This document shows positions 37,877-47,193 of a DNA stretch of 64,000 bases, one piece after another; the first letter of the stretch is position 1; every line of letters begins with the position of its first letter. The stretch comes from a bacterium. Lineage in GTDB: Bacteria > Sysuimicrobiota > Sysuimicrobiia > Sysuimicrobiales > Segetimicrobiaceae. Location of the stretch: the NCBI GenBank assembly GCA_035307565.1, contig DATGHZ010000031.1, positions 29,061 through 93,060 on the forward strand, in the 5' to 3' direction. The translations under genes and the position numbers were made by a program. The notes below the pieces were generated by a model. It ran no database searches and had not been told where the DNA came from. It saw nothing but the letters and a program-made list of their open reading frames with translations.

Positions 37877-38875
37877 TCAGGCCTCGTCAGGCAGCCGCGG
37901 CGCGGCGCTCCCCGTGCCGCCGTACGCCAGGACGCGGCGGCCGACCCGGGCCAGCGTGCCGATGATGCCCTCCGGCATCGCCAGGACCAGGATCACCAGA
38001 ACCACGCCGATGAGCAGCTGCCAGTATTCCGTCCGGCCGACGGCGTACGCCTTCAGGTAATTGAAGACGACGGCGCCCACGATCGGCCCGGAGAAGCTCC
38101 GAAATCCGCCGAGGACGGCCATGAAGACGATTTCGCCCGAGAACGGCCAGTAGAGCGCCTCGGGCGTCGCGAGGCCGTTGAGTGGGCCCCACAGTGTGCC
38201 GGCCACACCGGTGAACATGCCGGACAGGACGAACGCGATCCAGCGGTACCGGCGCACCCGGATGCCGACGAACTCGGCGCGGACCTCATTGTCCCGGATG
38301 GCCTGGAGCGCCTGGCCGAACGGCGAGTGCACGATGAGCCACATCAGCCCGGCGCAGACCGCAAAGATCACGAGTGTGTAGTAATAGTACTGATGTGAGA
38401 GGAAGGTCACCTTGTCATCGGCCGCGCCGAGCACGCCGCCGAGCAGCGTCGGCGTCGGCACCCGCAGGCCGTCGCTCCCGCCGGTGACCCAGTACAGCTT
38501 GAAGGCGAGGCTCCAGAGCACCTGTGAGAGGGCGAGCGCCAGAATGGAAAAGAAGATCCGGGTATAGCGCACGCACACAATGCCAAACAGGGAGGCGATG
38601 ACCGCGCCCGACAGCGCCCCGGCCGCGAGAAATGCTTCCATGGACGTGACGCCGAGGTACTTGACCATGAAGCCGGCCGCGTACGCGCCGGCGCCGAAGA
38701 ACGCCGCATGCCCAAAGGACAAGAGACCCGTGTACCCGAGGAGCAGATTGAGGGCGAGCGCGGCGATGGCAAAGGCGAGCCCATAGGCCAAGAGAATCGT
38801 CTGGTACGCCGGCGCGATGTACGGAAAGACGAGCAGCAGCAGGGCGAGCGGCGCAAGGTACGCGGCGGCGCGCAT
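37877..38875 (-). CDS. livM: Branched-chain amino acid ABC transporter permease LivM
   Basis: ATG internal to the 660-aa track ORF: MRAAAYLAPLALLLLVFPYIAPAYQTILLAYGLAFAIAALALNLLLGYTGLLSFGHAAFFG...; the upstream 328 aa are an out-of-context read-through over livH. Confidence 0.85.
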   Translation of the reverse strand: MRAAAYLAPLALLLLVFPYIAPAYQTILLAYGLAFAIAALALNLLLGYTGLLSFGHAAFFGAGAYAAGFMVKYLGVTSMEAFLAAGALSGAVIASLFGIVCVRYTRIFFSILALALSQVLWSLAFKLYWVTGGSDGLRVPTPTLLGGVLGAADDKVTFLSHQYYYYTLVIFAVCAGLMWLIVHSPFGQALQAIRDNEVRAEFVGIRVRRYRWIAFVLSGMFTGVAGTLWGPLNGLATPEALYWPFSGEIVFMAVLGGFRSFSGPIVGAVVFNYLKAYAVGRTEYWQLLIGVVLVILVLAMPEGIIGTLARVGRRVLAYGGTGSAAPRLPDEA

Positions 38876-38916
38876 GGGGGCCCGGGCCGGCCGCGCGACG
38901 GTCGCGGCGGTATCGC

Positions 38917-39798
38917 TCACGACGACGACCGGCTGAAGAGGCCCGCGGGCCGAGTGACGAGCACCGCGGCCGCCATGAGATACAGGACGGCCAATTCGAG
39001 TTCCGGGAAGAACGTGATGGCGAGCGTGCGTACCACCGCCACGATGAACGCGCCGGCCAATGCGCCTTCGAGGCTTCCGAGGCCGCCGATCACCACGACC
39101 ACGAACGAAAGGACGAGCGCGTCCACCCCCATGCCGAGGACCGCGCCCTGGATCGGCACGATGACCGCGCCGGCGATCCCGGCCATGAGGCACCCGACCG
39201 CGAAGGCCAGCACATAGAGCGCCCGCACGTTGATGCCGAGCGATACCGCCATCTTGCGATTCTGCGACGTCGCGCGCAGCATGACGCCGAACTTGGTGCG
39301 ATAGACGAACGCCCAGAGCAGCACCGCGCTGACGAGGCCGACCACGATCACGAGCAGATTGTAGTTCGGGTAGTCTGACCCGAGCACGGTGGAGCTTCCG
39401 AACGCCGACCACAGGGTGCTGGCGGACAGCGGCGTGGGCCCAAACACGAACTTCGTCAGGTCCTCGAGGATGAGCAAGAGGCCGAACGTCATGAGCAGCT
39501 GGTACTCTTCGGCGCGATTGTACAGCGGCCGCAGCAGCATCGGCTCGATGACGGCTCCGACGAGCGCGACGATGATGCCGGCGACCGGCAGCAGGAGGAG
39601 CAGCAGCGGCGGCGCCACACCCGCGGCCGCGCCGGCGGCGGCCCAGGCCATCACGAATGCGCCGAGCATGTACAGGTTGCCGTGGGCCAGGTTGACGACG
39701 CGCATCACGCCGTAGACGAGGCTTAAACCCCCCGCAATAAGAAAAAGCACGGCGGTGTAGACCGCCGTGTTGAGGGCTTGGACGACCAGGGTCGCCAT
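38917..39798 (-). CDS. livH: Branched-chain amino acid ABC transporter permease LivH
   Basis: Track ORF, 293 aa; MATLVVQALNTAVYTAVLFLIAGGLSLVYGVMRVVNLAHGN... Confidence 0.9.
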   Translation of the reverse strand: MATLVVQALNTAVYTAVLFLIAGGLSLVYGVMRVVNLAHGNLYMLGAFVMAWAAAGAAAGVAPPLLLLLLPVAGIIVALVGAVIEPMLLRPLYNRAEEYQLLMTFGLLLILEDLTKFVFGPTPLSASTLWSAFGSSTVLGSDYPNYNLLVIVVGLVSAVLLWAFVYRTKFGVMLRATSQNRKMAVSLGINVRALYVLAFAVGCLMAGIAGAVIVPIQGAVLGMGVDALVLSFVVVVIGGLGSLEGALAGAFIVAVVRTLAITFFPELELAVLYLMAAAVLVTRPAGLFSRSSS

Positions 39799-40530
39799 GA
39801 GGCTCTGTGATTCCGCAAGGTGCCGGGTCTTCCTGCCGCACGGGATCCGCGGGCGGCACAGCCGAGACGCGCCGGCGCCGCTGCCCGGCTATGCGGCATG
39901 GCCGGATGGAGGCTGCGCGAGTCCCTTACCCGCGGGCGCTTACGCGATCAAGCGGTTTTGGCCTCGTCCTCGCTGGTGAATCGCGTCCATCCTTCCGCGC
40001 GCTTGTCGTAACGGCGGGCGTCGTGGGCGCCGGCGCGCCGCAGCGTGCGGGCGATCTCGTTCCCACGCCTATCCGGCGTCCGCGCGGCCACCAATGTCTC
40101 GCCGCTCTCGATCCGATCTTCGTACCAGTTTCGGGGCTCGTCGGCGGCCCTTCACCGGTTCTTCACCTGAGGGTGGTACGGTGCGATAGCTACACTGAAC
40201 GGGCTATCAAGAGCTGCCGGGCGCCCGGTTGTAACGATCTACCCCCTTCCCGGCAACACAGACCCAATAGGACAAGGCCGGCGGTGGGCTCTCGCCATCG
40301 ACGGCCGGCTGGCCACCGGGCGCCCGGTCAGCAATCTTTGACCGCTTCCCGCGATTCTGCAAGGTTTTTGCATCCGACCTTCATTATTTATTCATCAGTT
40401 TTTCAACGCCGGTTCCTATTCTTTTAGGTACAACAGAGCGCGGGCAGCTTCGCAAGGGGACCCGACCAGCGCTGGAGCCGGGCATCCCCGCCCCGCCGGG
40501 AAGCGCGCGCGACTCGGATGGGAGGGGTGA

Positions 40531-41541
40531 ATGCGGAAGTCGGTCGCACTCGTACTCGGGGTGCTGGTACCGCTCCTGAGCCTCGCCGGCGTGGGAAATG
40601 CGCAGTCCACCGTGCAGGTTCAAGGGACGATCCAGGCCGTCGATTGCCAGGCGCAGACGCTCGTCGTGGCGACCCGGAACGGCGTCAATACGATCGCGGT
40701 AGCCCCATACACCGCGGTGCTGGTCGATTCCCAGGCTGTGTCTCTCTGCGACCTGCAGAGCTATGTAGGCAGCCCCGCGACGGTTTGGCTCGTCGCGAAC
40801 GGCAATGAATTCGTCGCCACCCGCATCGATACCACGGTGCAGGGCACCGTGGCGCCCGTGACGGTGGCGTCGCCCGTGCAGGCGAGCGTCTCGCCGCTTC
40901 CCATCGTCGGGGTGGTGCTCGGCACGATCGCCCTCGCCGGTCTTATCTACCTTCTAGTACGCGACCACGACAGATACTACCGGTACCCGTATTACGGCGA
41001 TTACTACACGTACTACTACAACCCGGTCTACCGGCCATACTACGGGTCGTATCCGGCGATATGCCCGATCGTGTTTGCTCCGGCGCCGATCACCGGCTTT
41101 GTGCTAGGCGTCTCGGTGTTCGACGGCTATGACTACTTGATCGTGCGTGACCACGACGGCCGTTTCGCGCGGTACCCGTACTTTGGGCCTTATCGTGAGC
41201 ACTACTACCGGCCGGAGTACCGCGCGTATGCGGGACCATATCGCGACGCACCGGTGCGCTACGGTGAATGGCGTCGTGACGGCGGAGCACCCGGTCAGCG
41301 GCCATACTACAACAACAATTACAATCGGGGGCCGCAACAGTACCAGCAGCCGCAGCGGCCGAGCTACAACAACAACTACAACTACAATCGCGGACCGGCG
41401 CAGTACCAGCAGCCACAGCGGCCGAGCTACAACTACAATCAGGGGAACGGATACAATCGCGGAGGCAGCTACAGCGGCGGCCGGGGTCAGGACACCCGGC
41501 GCACGTGCAATTCGCGCGGCGATTCCTGCTCCAACCGCTGA
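40531..41541 (+). CDS. Tyr/Asn/Gln/Arg-rich low-complexity secreted or membrane protein with internal duplication and tandem repeats
   Basis: Track ORF, 336 aa. Signal peptide MRKSVALVLGVLVPLLSLAGVGNA. Two copies of a (hydrophobic helix + LxVRDHD..YPYY) module. C-terminus repeats YNNNYNRGPQQYQQPQRPS. Confidence 0.7.
   Translation: MRKSVALVLGVLVPLLSLAGVGNAQSTVQVQGTIQAVDCQAQTLVVATRNGVNTIAVAPYTAVLVDSQAVSLCDLQSYVGSPATVWLVANGNEFVATRIDTTVQGTVAPVTVASPVQASVSPLPIVGVVLGTIALAGLIYLLVRDHDRYYRYPYYGDYYTYYYNPVYRPYYGSYPAICPIVFAPAPITGFVLGVSVFDGYDYLIVRDHDGRFARYPYFGPYREHYYRPEYRAYAGPYRDAPVRYGEWRRDGGAPGQRPYYNNNYNRGPQQYQQPQRPSYNNNYNYNRGPAQYQQPQRPSYNYNQGNGYNRGGSYSGGRGQDTRRTCNSRGDSCSNR
41306..41443 (+). repeat. Imperfect tandem repeat (about 57-63 nt x 2.3) inside the Tyr-rich gene
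   Basis: tacaacaacaattacaatcgggggccgcaacagtaccagcagccgcagcggccgagc, then tacaacaacaactacaactacaatcgcggaccggcgcagtaccagcagccacagcggccgagc, then a partial third copy. Confidence 0.7.
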
Positions 41542-41629
41542 CGCATCGGTAAGCGAGTAAGACGCACCACGACGATGGCCGCGGCCCCCCGGGCCGCGGC
41601 CATCGTCTCGTCATCCGCGGGAACGCGAC

Positions 41630-42844
41630 TCAGCCGGCAGGCGGTGCGGCCTCGGGGCTCTGCACCCGCGGGCGGCGGATGCCGAGGGCCACCAGCCGCG
41701 GGATCAATGTACGCACGCCCGGGGTCCGCATCAACAGCCGGAACGCGGGCGGGATCACGGGCCGGTCTCCCGAGACCGAGAGGTTGCGGCGAACCAACTG
41801 CCGCTGCACAAAGTCCTGCATCGCCTGCGTCACCCGCACCGCCGGCTCGCGACGGCGCTGCACCGCGGCGAGATCGTTGATCGCCACGCGGCCGTCGCGC
41901 AGCGGCCGCCACAGCACATTTGCCGCTTCCACCGCATCCTGAATCGCCACGTTGATGCCGACGCCCGCGACCGGGGACATCGCGTGGGCCGCGTCGCCGA
42001 TGGCGAGGAAGCCGGGTGCGTACCAGCGGGTCAACCGATCGGCCCGGACGCTGAGGAGCTTGATTTGGTCCCAGCTGCGCAGAGCGTCGACCCGATCCGC
42101 GAACCGCGGCACAAGCGACGCCAAGGACTGCCGAAACGACCCGAGGCCGCGCGCACGCACCGCGTCGGCTTTCCCCTTGCCGATCGTGTAGCCGACCTGC
42201 CAATAGGCGCCCCTGTCGAGCATGGCGATGAAATGCCCAGGGCCGATCAGAGCCTGCGCGCCCGCGGGCTCCTCCGGCCGCCGCGCCAGCCGAAACCAGA
42301 AGACGTCCATCGGGGGAGACGCACTAACCCGCGGCAAGGCCAGGGCGTCGCGGGTGCGTGAGTTGCGGCCGTCCGCGCCCACGGTGAGCATGGCGGCGAT
42401 TTCGTGCTCGCCGCCGCCCACGCGGCAGCGCACGCCGTGGACGCCGCCCCCGGCGCGGACGAGGTCGGTGACTTCCGCGTTCATCACCAGGTGGAACGTC
42501 GGGTACCGCTTGGCCTCCGTCGTGATGAAGTCCAGAAAGTCCCACTGCGGCACGAACGCGATGAACGGGTAGCGGGTCGGCACGCCTTCGAAGCTCAGGC
42601 GGATCGTCTCGCCGACGCTGGTGCGGAGGCTGAAGTCGGCGGACCGGCTGTGCGGTAGCGCCAGGAAGCGCTCCGCGAGCCCTACGTCGTGAAGGATCTC
42701 GAGGGTGGACGGATGGATCGTGTCGCCCCGGAAGTCACGGAGAAAGTCGCCGTGCTTCTCCAAGACCAGCACGTCCACACTCGCGCGCGCGAGGAGATAG
42801 CCGAGAACCGCCCCCGCGGGGCCGCACCCGGCGATGCAGCAGCG
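41630..42844 (-). CDS. FAD-dependent monooxygenase (UbiH/COQ6-like); Rossmann motif lies upstream of the first canonical start
   Basis: Track ORF 41630..42778 (GTG) begins at VDVLVLEKHGDF. Eight in-frame codons further upstream read CCIAGCGPAGAVLGYLLARAS, the essential GxGxxG FAD motif, reaching back to the TGA stop of the preceding M20 gene with no ATG/GTG/TTG. Confidence 0.6.
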   Translation of the reverse strand, partial: RCCIAGCGPAGAVLGYLLARASVDVLVLEKHGDFLRDFRGDTIHPSTLEILHDVGLAERFLALPHSRSADFSLRTSVGETIRLSFEGVPTRYPFIAFVPQWDFLDFITTEAKRYPTFHLVMNAEVTDLVRAGGGVHGVRCRVGGGEHEIAAMLTVGADGRNSRTRDALALPRVSASPPMDVFWFRLARRPEEPAGAQALIGPGHFIAMLDRGAYWQVGYTIGKGKADAVRARGLGSFRQSLASLVPRFADRVDALRSWDQIKLLSVRADRLTRWYAPGFLAIGDAAHAMSPVAGVGINVAIQDAVEAANVLWRPLRDGRVAINDLAAVQRRREPAVRVTQAMQDFVQRQLVRRNLSVSGDRPVIPPAFRLLMRTPGVRTLIPRLVALGIRRPRVQSPEAAPPAG

Positions 42845-42862
42845 GGCCTCTGTAGGGTTTCG

Positions 42863-44281
42863 TCAGGCCCTGAGAGCCGCGGGGTCGGCGCCGCCGAGCG
42901 CGTCGAAGAACCGCACGTAGGCGCGCGTGCCACGATCGAACGTCTGCAGCCGGAGAAATTCGTTGGGCGCGTGCACGAGATTGTCCGGCTCTCCGAAGGC
43001 GAAGAACACAAGCCACGTCCCAAGCGTGCGCTTGACAAGATCGGCGACGGGCAGCGTGCCGCCGACGCGCACCCGCACCGGCTCTCTCCCGTACGCGGCG
43101 CGGAGCGCCGCCGCGGCGGCCGCGAGCGCCGGATGCTGCCCCGGCATGAGGTAGGGTCGCGACTTGCCTTTGGATCGAGTGACCGTGAGCGTGACGCCCG
43201 CCGGCGCGTGCCGGCGCAGGTGCCGCTCGACCGCGTCGGCGATGCGGTCTGGATCTTGATCCGGCACCAGCCGGCACGTGATCTTCGCGTGCGCCTCATT
43301 GGGCAGCACGGTCTTGGTGCCGTCTCCCTGGAAGCCTCCCCACACCCCGTTGACCTCGAGGGTGGGCCGGATCCACGTCCGCTCGAGCGGCGTGTACTCT
43401 CGTTCACCCACGAGTTCGGCAACGCCGACGCTGCGCCGGAATGCCGCCTCGTCGAACGGCACGCGGGCGAGCTCCTGCCGTTCCGCCGGGGTCGGCGTCC
43501 GGACCGCGTCGTAGAATCCGTCGATCGTCACCCGTCCTTCCGCATCGTGCATGCCCGCCACCAGCGCGGCGAGCGCGTGGATCGGATTGGCGACCGCGCC
43601 GCCGTAGGTGCCCGAATGCAGGTCCGTGGCGGCGCCGCGAAGGTCGATCTGCAGCCCCGTCAAGCCGCGGTTGCCGAGCGCAAGCGACGGCGTGTCGGCG
43701 TCCCACTGTCCGCCGTCCGCGCTGACCGTCACATCGGCCTTCAAGAGGTCGCGGTTCTTGTCCAGGAACGGCGCGAGATTCGGGCTGCCGGTTTCTTCTT
43801 CGCCTTCGAAGAGAAACTTCAGATTGAGCGGCGGACCGCCGGCGATGCTGCGGAGCGCTTCGAGCGCGACAAGCGGGATGAACAGGCTGCCTTTATCGTC
43901 GCTGGCGCCGCGCGCCACGAGCCGGCCGTCGCGCACCGCCGGCTCAAACGGCGGCGTCTGCCACAGCGCCATCGGGTCGACCGGCTGCACGTCGTAGTGG
44001 CCGTAGAGTAGAATCGTCGGGGCGCCCGGCCGCCCCCCCTGCCGGGGACCTTCGGCCGGCCACGCCCCGTAGACCACTGGGTTGCCGTCGGTGGGCATGA
44101 TGCGGACCTCGGGCGCTCCGGTGGTGCGCAGCCGCTCCGCGAGCCACTCCGCGGCGCGCGCCACGTCCGGGCGGTGCGCCGGAAGCGCGCTGACGCTCGG
44201 AATCCGCAGGAAATCCTGGAGTTCGGCGAGGTGTCGCTCCCGATGTTTCGCGAGATACGCATCGGCCGCCGCATAGTTCAT
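42863..44281 (-). CDS. M20-family metallopeptidase (dipeptidase/ArgE-like)
   Basis: ATG internal to track ORF 42863..44539: MNYAAADAYLAKHRERHLAELQDFLRIPSVSA...LLYGHYDVQP...GASDDKGSL...; 473 aa. Confidence 0.85.
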   Translation of the reverse strand: MNYAAADAYLAKHRERHLAELQDFLRIPSVSALPAHRPDVARAAEWLAERLRTTGAPEVRIMPTDGNPVVYGAWPAEGPRQGGRPGAPTILLYGHYDVQPVDPMALWQTPPFEPAVRDGRLVARGASDDKGSLFIPLVALEALRSIAGGPPLNLKFLFEGEEETGSPNLAPFLDKNRDLLKADVTVSADGGQWDADTPSLALGNRGLTGLQIDLRGAATDLHSGTYGGAVANPIHALAALVAGMHDAEGRVTIDGFYDAVRTPTPAERQELARVPFDEAAFRRSVGVAELVGEREYTPLERTWIRPTLEVNGVWGGFQGDGTKTVLPNEAHAKITCRLVPDQDPDRIADAVERHLRRHAPAGVTLTVTRSKGKSRPYLMPGQHPALAAAAAALRAAYGREPVRVRVGGTLPVADLVKRTLGTWLVFFAFGEPDNLVHAPNEFLRLQTFDRGTRAYVRFFDALGGADPAALRA

Positions 44282-44286
44282 GCCGC

Positions 44287-46416
44287 TCACCTCGGTATCC
44301 CGGGTGCGGTGCCGTCCGTCGACGGCGCCGGTGAGCCGGCCGCCGGAGGCACACGCGTTCCGGCCGCGCCGAGATATGTCTTGAACCAGCCGAGCATGTG
44401 GCGCATTTCTTCCGTGCGGTGGCGCGGTTGACCGGATGACGACATGCTGTGGCTTTCTCCCGGGAATCGCACAAACAGCGTCGGCGTGCCCTGGCGCTTC
44501 AGGGCGACGAACAACTGCTCCGCCTGCTCGATCGAACACCGCAGGTCATTTTCGCCGTGCATGATCAGAAGCGGCGTCCGCATGCCGCGGACGTAGGTAA
44601 TGGGCGACCTCTCGAGATAGAACTCTGGCGATTCCCACGGCGCGCCCGGCCACTCCCACCGCGCCTGGCGGTGTGCGATGTCCCCCGTTCCCCAGTGACT
44701 GTAGCGATTGCAGGTGCTGCGCAGCGTGACCGCGGCGCGGAACCGCTGCGTGTGGCCGACGATCCAGTTGGTCATGTAGCCGCCGTAACTGCCACCGCAC
44801 ACGCCGAGCCGGCCGGGGTCGATCCACGCGTGGATCGCGAGCGCGCGGTCGAGGGCGCCCATCAGGTCCGCGTAGTCGCCGCCGCCCCAATCATGGCGGG
44901 TCGCGGCCAGCAAGGCCTGGCCGCCGCCGTGACTGCCCCGCGGGTTCGTGTACACGACGCCGTAGCCCGCCGCGCACAGCAGCTGAAACTGATTCGAGAA
45001 CGCGTAGCCGTACGCGCCGTGCGGGCCGCCGTGGATCTCGAGCACCCCGGGCACACGCGCACCACCCGGCCCGGCACCCGGCGGCTTCATGACCCAGCCG
45101 TCGACGGCGAAGCGTCCGTCGGGCGTGGTGTACTCAAACGGCTCCGGACGAGCGAGCGCGAGCGCCTCGGCCAGTGTGCTGTTCCACGCCGACAGCCGCC
45201 GCAACGTGACCGGCTCCCCGCCCTCGCGGAGTTCGGCCACCGCGACCTCACCCGGCGTGAGCGGATCGCTCTCCACGCACACCACGCGCCGCGCCGCCGC
45301 GTCCAACGAACAGCCGATCAAATCGTGGTCGCCGCGTGTTTCCAGGCGAACGGCGCCCTCCGCAAGCGCCGCGGAGGCGACCTGACAGCGGCCCCGGTCC
45401 GTAGTGAGGAAGTAGATCCGGCCGCCGTCCGGCGCCCAGGCGACGCCGGATGATCCGGACTGTGGCCGGGCGTCGGTCCCGATGTGGTGGCCGACGCTGC
45501 CGTCGTAGCCGCGCGTGAGACAGACCGGTTCACCGCCCTCGACCGGCGCGACCCACACGCGCGGCAGCGTAGCTTCTCCGGCATGCTCGTTGTCGTGGCC
45601 CACGTAGGCGATCCGGGCGCCGTCGGGCGACCAGGCCGGCGTCTCCACGCGGCCGATCGTGCGCGTCAGCCGGCGCGCCGCGCCGGTTCCATCCGCGCGG
45701 ATGACCCACAGGTCCGCGGCATCGTCGAGATCCGCATCCGGCGAGGCGTTCGCGCAGTACGCAAGCCGGGCGCCGTCGGGCGACCACGCCGGCGCGGTAT
45801 GATCGTAGTCGCCGTCGGTCACCCGCCGGACATCGCCGCCGGCCGCCGGCACGACGAGGATCTGCTTCCACCGGCCGTCCCAGAAGCCTTCGCCGTCCTG
45901 CTTGTAGTACAGGCGCGAGATCACGCGTACGTCGCTTTGCTCCCGCGCCTCGAGCCGGCCGGCCGCCGGCGCGGTCACGTCGAGTTTGCCGGTGAACGCG
46001 ATCCATTTGCCGTCGGGCGACCAGGCGAGGTCCGCCGGCGCATGCGATCCCGCCGTGAGCAGGCGTGCCTCGCCGCCGTCCGCGGGGATGACCCACACCT
46101 GTTTCGTTCCGCCGCGATCCGAGACAAACGCGATGCGCCGTCCGTCCGGCGACCAGCGCGGACCGGTGTCGCGGGCGCGCGCGGTGGTGAGGGGCTGCGG
46201 CCCGCCGTCGGCGGTCAGACCGGGGGCCGGCGGCACCGGCACGATCCACAGGTGCGTCTGATAGCCGTTGGCCTGTTCGTCGACGATCGTGACCGCACAG
46301 ACGATGCGCGTGCCGTCCGGCGAGATAACGGGCGAACCGGCGATCTTCCAGCGCAACAGGTCCTCGACGGCCATCGGTCGGCGGACCCCGACTGCGGGAC
46401 GGACGGATGACGCCAC
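44287..46416 (-). CDS. S9-family serine peptidase (acylaminoacyl-peptidase / prolyl oligopeptidase-like) with N-terminal PD40 beta-propeller
   Basis: Track ORF, 709 aa; repeated WSPDG propeller motifs; C-terminal alpha/beta hydrolase (...GGSYGGYMTNW...). The true start is probably MAVEDLL at 46377. Confidence 0.85.
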   Translation of the reverse strand: MASSVRPAVGVRRPMAVEDLLRWKIAGSPVISPDGTRIVCAVTIVDEQANGYQTHLWIVPVPPAPGLTADGGPQPLTTARARDTGPRWSPDGRRIAFVSDRGGTKQVWVIPADGGEARLLTAGSHAPADLAWSPDGKWIAFTGKLDVTAPAAGRLEAREQSDVRVISRLYYKQDGEGFWDGRWKQILVVPAAGGDVRRVTDGDYDHTAPAWSPDGARLAYCANASPDADLDDAADLWVIRADGTGAARRLTRTIGRVETPAWSPDGARIAYVGHDNEHAGEATLPRVWVAPVEGGEPVCLTRGYDGSVGHHIGTDARPQSGSSGVAWAPDGGRIYFLTTDRGRCQVASAALAEGAVRLETRGDHDLIGCSLDAAARRVVCVESDPLTPGEVAVAELREGGEPVTLRRLSAWNSTLAEALALARPEPFEYTTPDGRFAVDGWVMKPPGAGPGGARVPGVLEIHGGPHGAYGYAFSNQFQLLCAAGYGVVYTNPRGSHGGGQALLAATRHDWGGGDYADLMGALDRALAIHAWIDPGRLGVCGGSYGGYMTNWIVGHTQRFRAAVTLRSTCNRYSHWGTGDIAHRQARWEWPGAPWESPEFYLERSPITYVRGMRTPLLIMHGENDLRCSIEQAEQLFVALKRQGTPTLFVRFPGESHSMSSSGQPRHRTEEMRHMLGWFKTYLGAAGTRVPPAAGSPAPSTDGTAPGIPR

Positions 46417-46427
46417 GGTACCCTCCT

Positions 46428-46459
46428 CTCCCGGGCCGGCACAGAGCCGGCCCGGGGAG
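46428..46459. other. Perfect 13-bp stem-loop between the YceI-like gene and the S9 peptidase gene
   Basis: ctcccgggccggc-acaga-gccggcccgg(g)gag; no adjacent U-tract on either strand. Confidence 0.4.
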
Positions 46460-46509
46460 ATGAGGATACGTTCAACGGGATCGGTCCGGGCGCCCTGCCC
46501 GGCTATCCG

Positions 46510-47193
46510 CTACTCGGTGGCCGGCCGCGCGGTGAACTGAAAATCCAGCGTAGCTTTGTTCTCCGTTTTGAGCATCATGATGCTCGGCGGATCAAATCCG
46601 AAGTCCGTCATCAGCACCGTGGTTTCCACGTTCCCGGTGAGTGTGTCGCCGCTGAGCCGCAGCGTGCCGCTGAACACGACCGGCTTCGTGACGTCGTGCA
46701 CCCTGAGGGCTCCGCCGATCTTGACCGGGACGGTTTGGCCGGCGGCATAAGTCTTCGGCAGTCCTTCGATTGAGGACGGCGTGAACACGGCCATCGGGTA
46801 CCGATTCGATTCCAGCCACCGCTGCCGGATTGCGTTGTCCCGCCGCCGGCTGTCCGAGGTGAACTGGTTCACGTTGACCGTGATCGGTCCCACGCGGCTG
46901 AGATCCGGATGCACGCGGTTGACATACACGTCGCCCTGAATACCGTGCGTCACGCCGACCGCCACCTTGAATTCGTTGTTCTCAAAGAACGTCTCGCCGA
47001 CGTGATACGCTGCTTCGGATGCCTGCGGGTCGATCGCAAACCGCTGCGTGCCCGCGGGGGCGTTCGCAGGAGCGGCGGCGGCGGTCGCCGTCCGCGCCAC
47101 CGCGTCGCCGCCGGGCACGACCTGCCAGACCGTCGCCGATGCCGCGGCGATCGCCAGCAGACCGGCGGTCATGAGGGCCAGGCGTTTCTTCAT
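46510..47193 (-). CDS. YceI-like periplasmic protein
   Basis: ATG with RBS aaggagg internal to track ORF 46510..47268: MKKRLALMTAGLLAIAAASA... signal peptide, then YceI-like domain. Confidence 0.75.
   Translation of the reverse strand: MKKRLALMTAGLLAIAAASATVWQVVPGGDAVARTATAAAAPANAPAGTQRFAIDPQASEAAYHVGETFFENNEFKVAVGVTHGIQGDVYVNRVHPDLSRVGPITVNVNQFTSDSRRRDNAIRQRWLESNRYPMAVFTPSSIEGLPKTYAAGQTVPVKIGGALRVHDVTKPVVFSGTLRLSGDTLTGNVETTVLMTDFGFDPPSIMMLKTENKATLDFQFTARPATE

Noticed and set aside
35828-38398. 856-aa plus-strand ORF
   Set aside because: Antisense to livF, livG and livM; low-complexity R/A/G/P composition. The liv genes on the minus strand have clear conserved motifs.
39807-40427. 206-aa plus-strand ORF in the long spacer upstream of livH
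   Set aside because: Arg/Pro/Gly-rich with no motif, no RBS and no conserved-looking segment; treated as non-coding spacer.
41306-41443. Tandem DNA repeat considered as a possible CRISPR or minisatellite
   Set aside because: Only about 2.3 imperfect copies with no spacers. It is in frame inside a CDS and encodes the repeated YNNNYNRGPQQYQQPQRPS peptide.
42771-42800. Apparent frameshift at the N-terminus of the FAD monooxygenase
   Set aside because: On a first pass the GxGxxG motif seemed out of frame with the ORF. Recounting the gcgcgcgcg run shows the motif is in frame. The real oddity is the lack of a start codon, reported as a finding.
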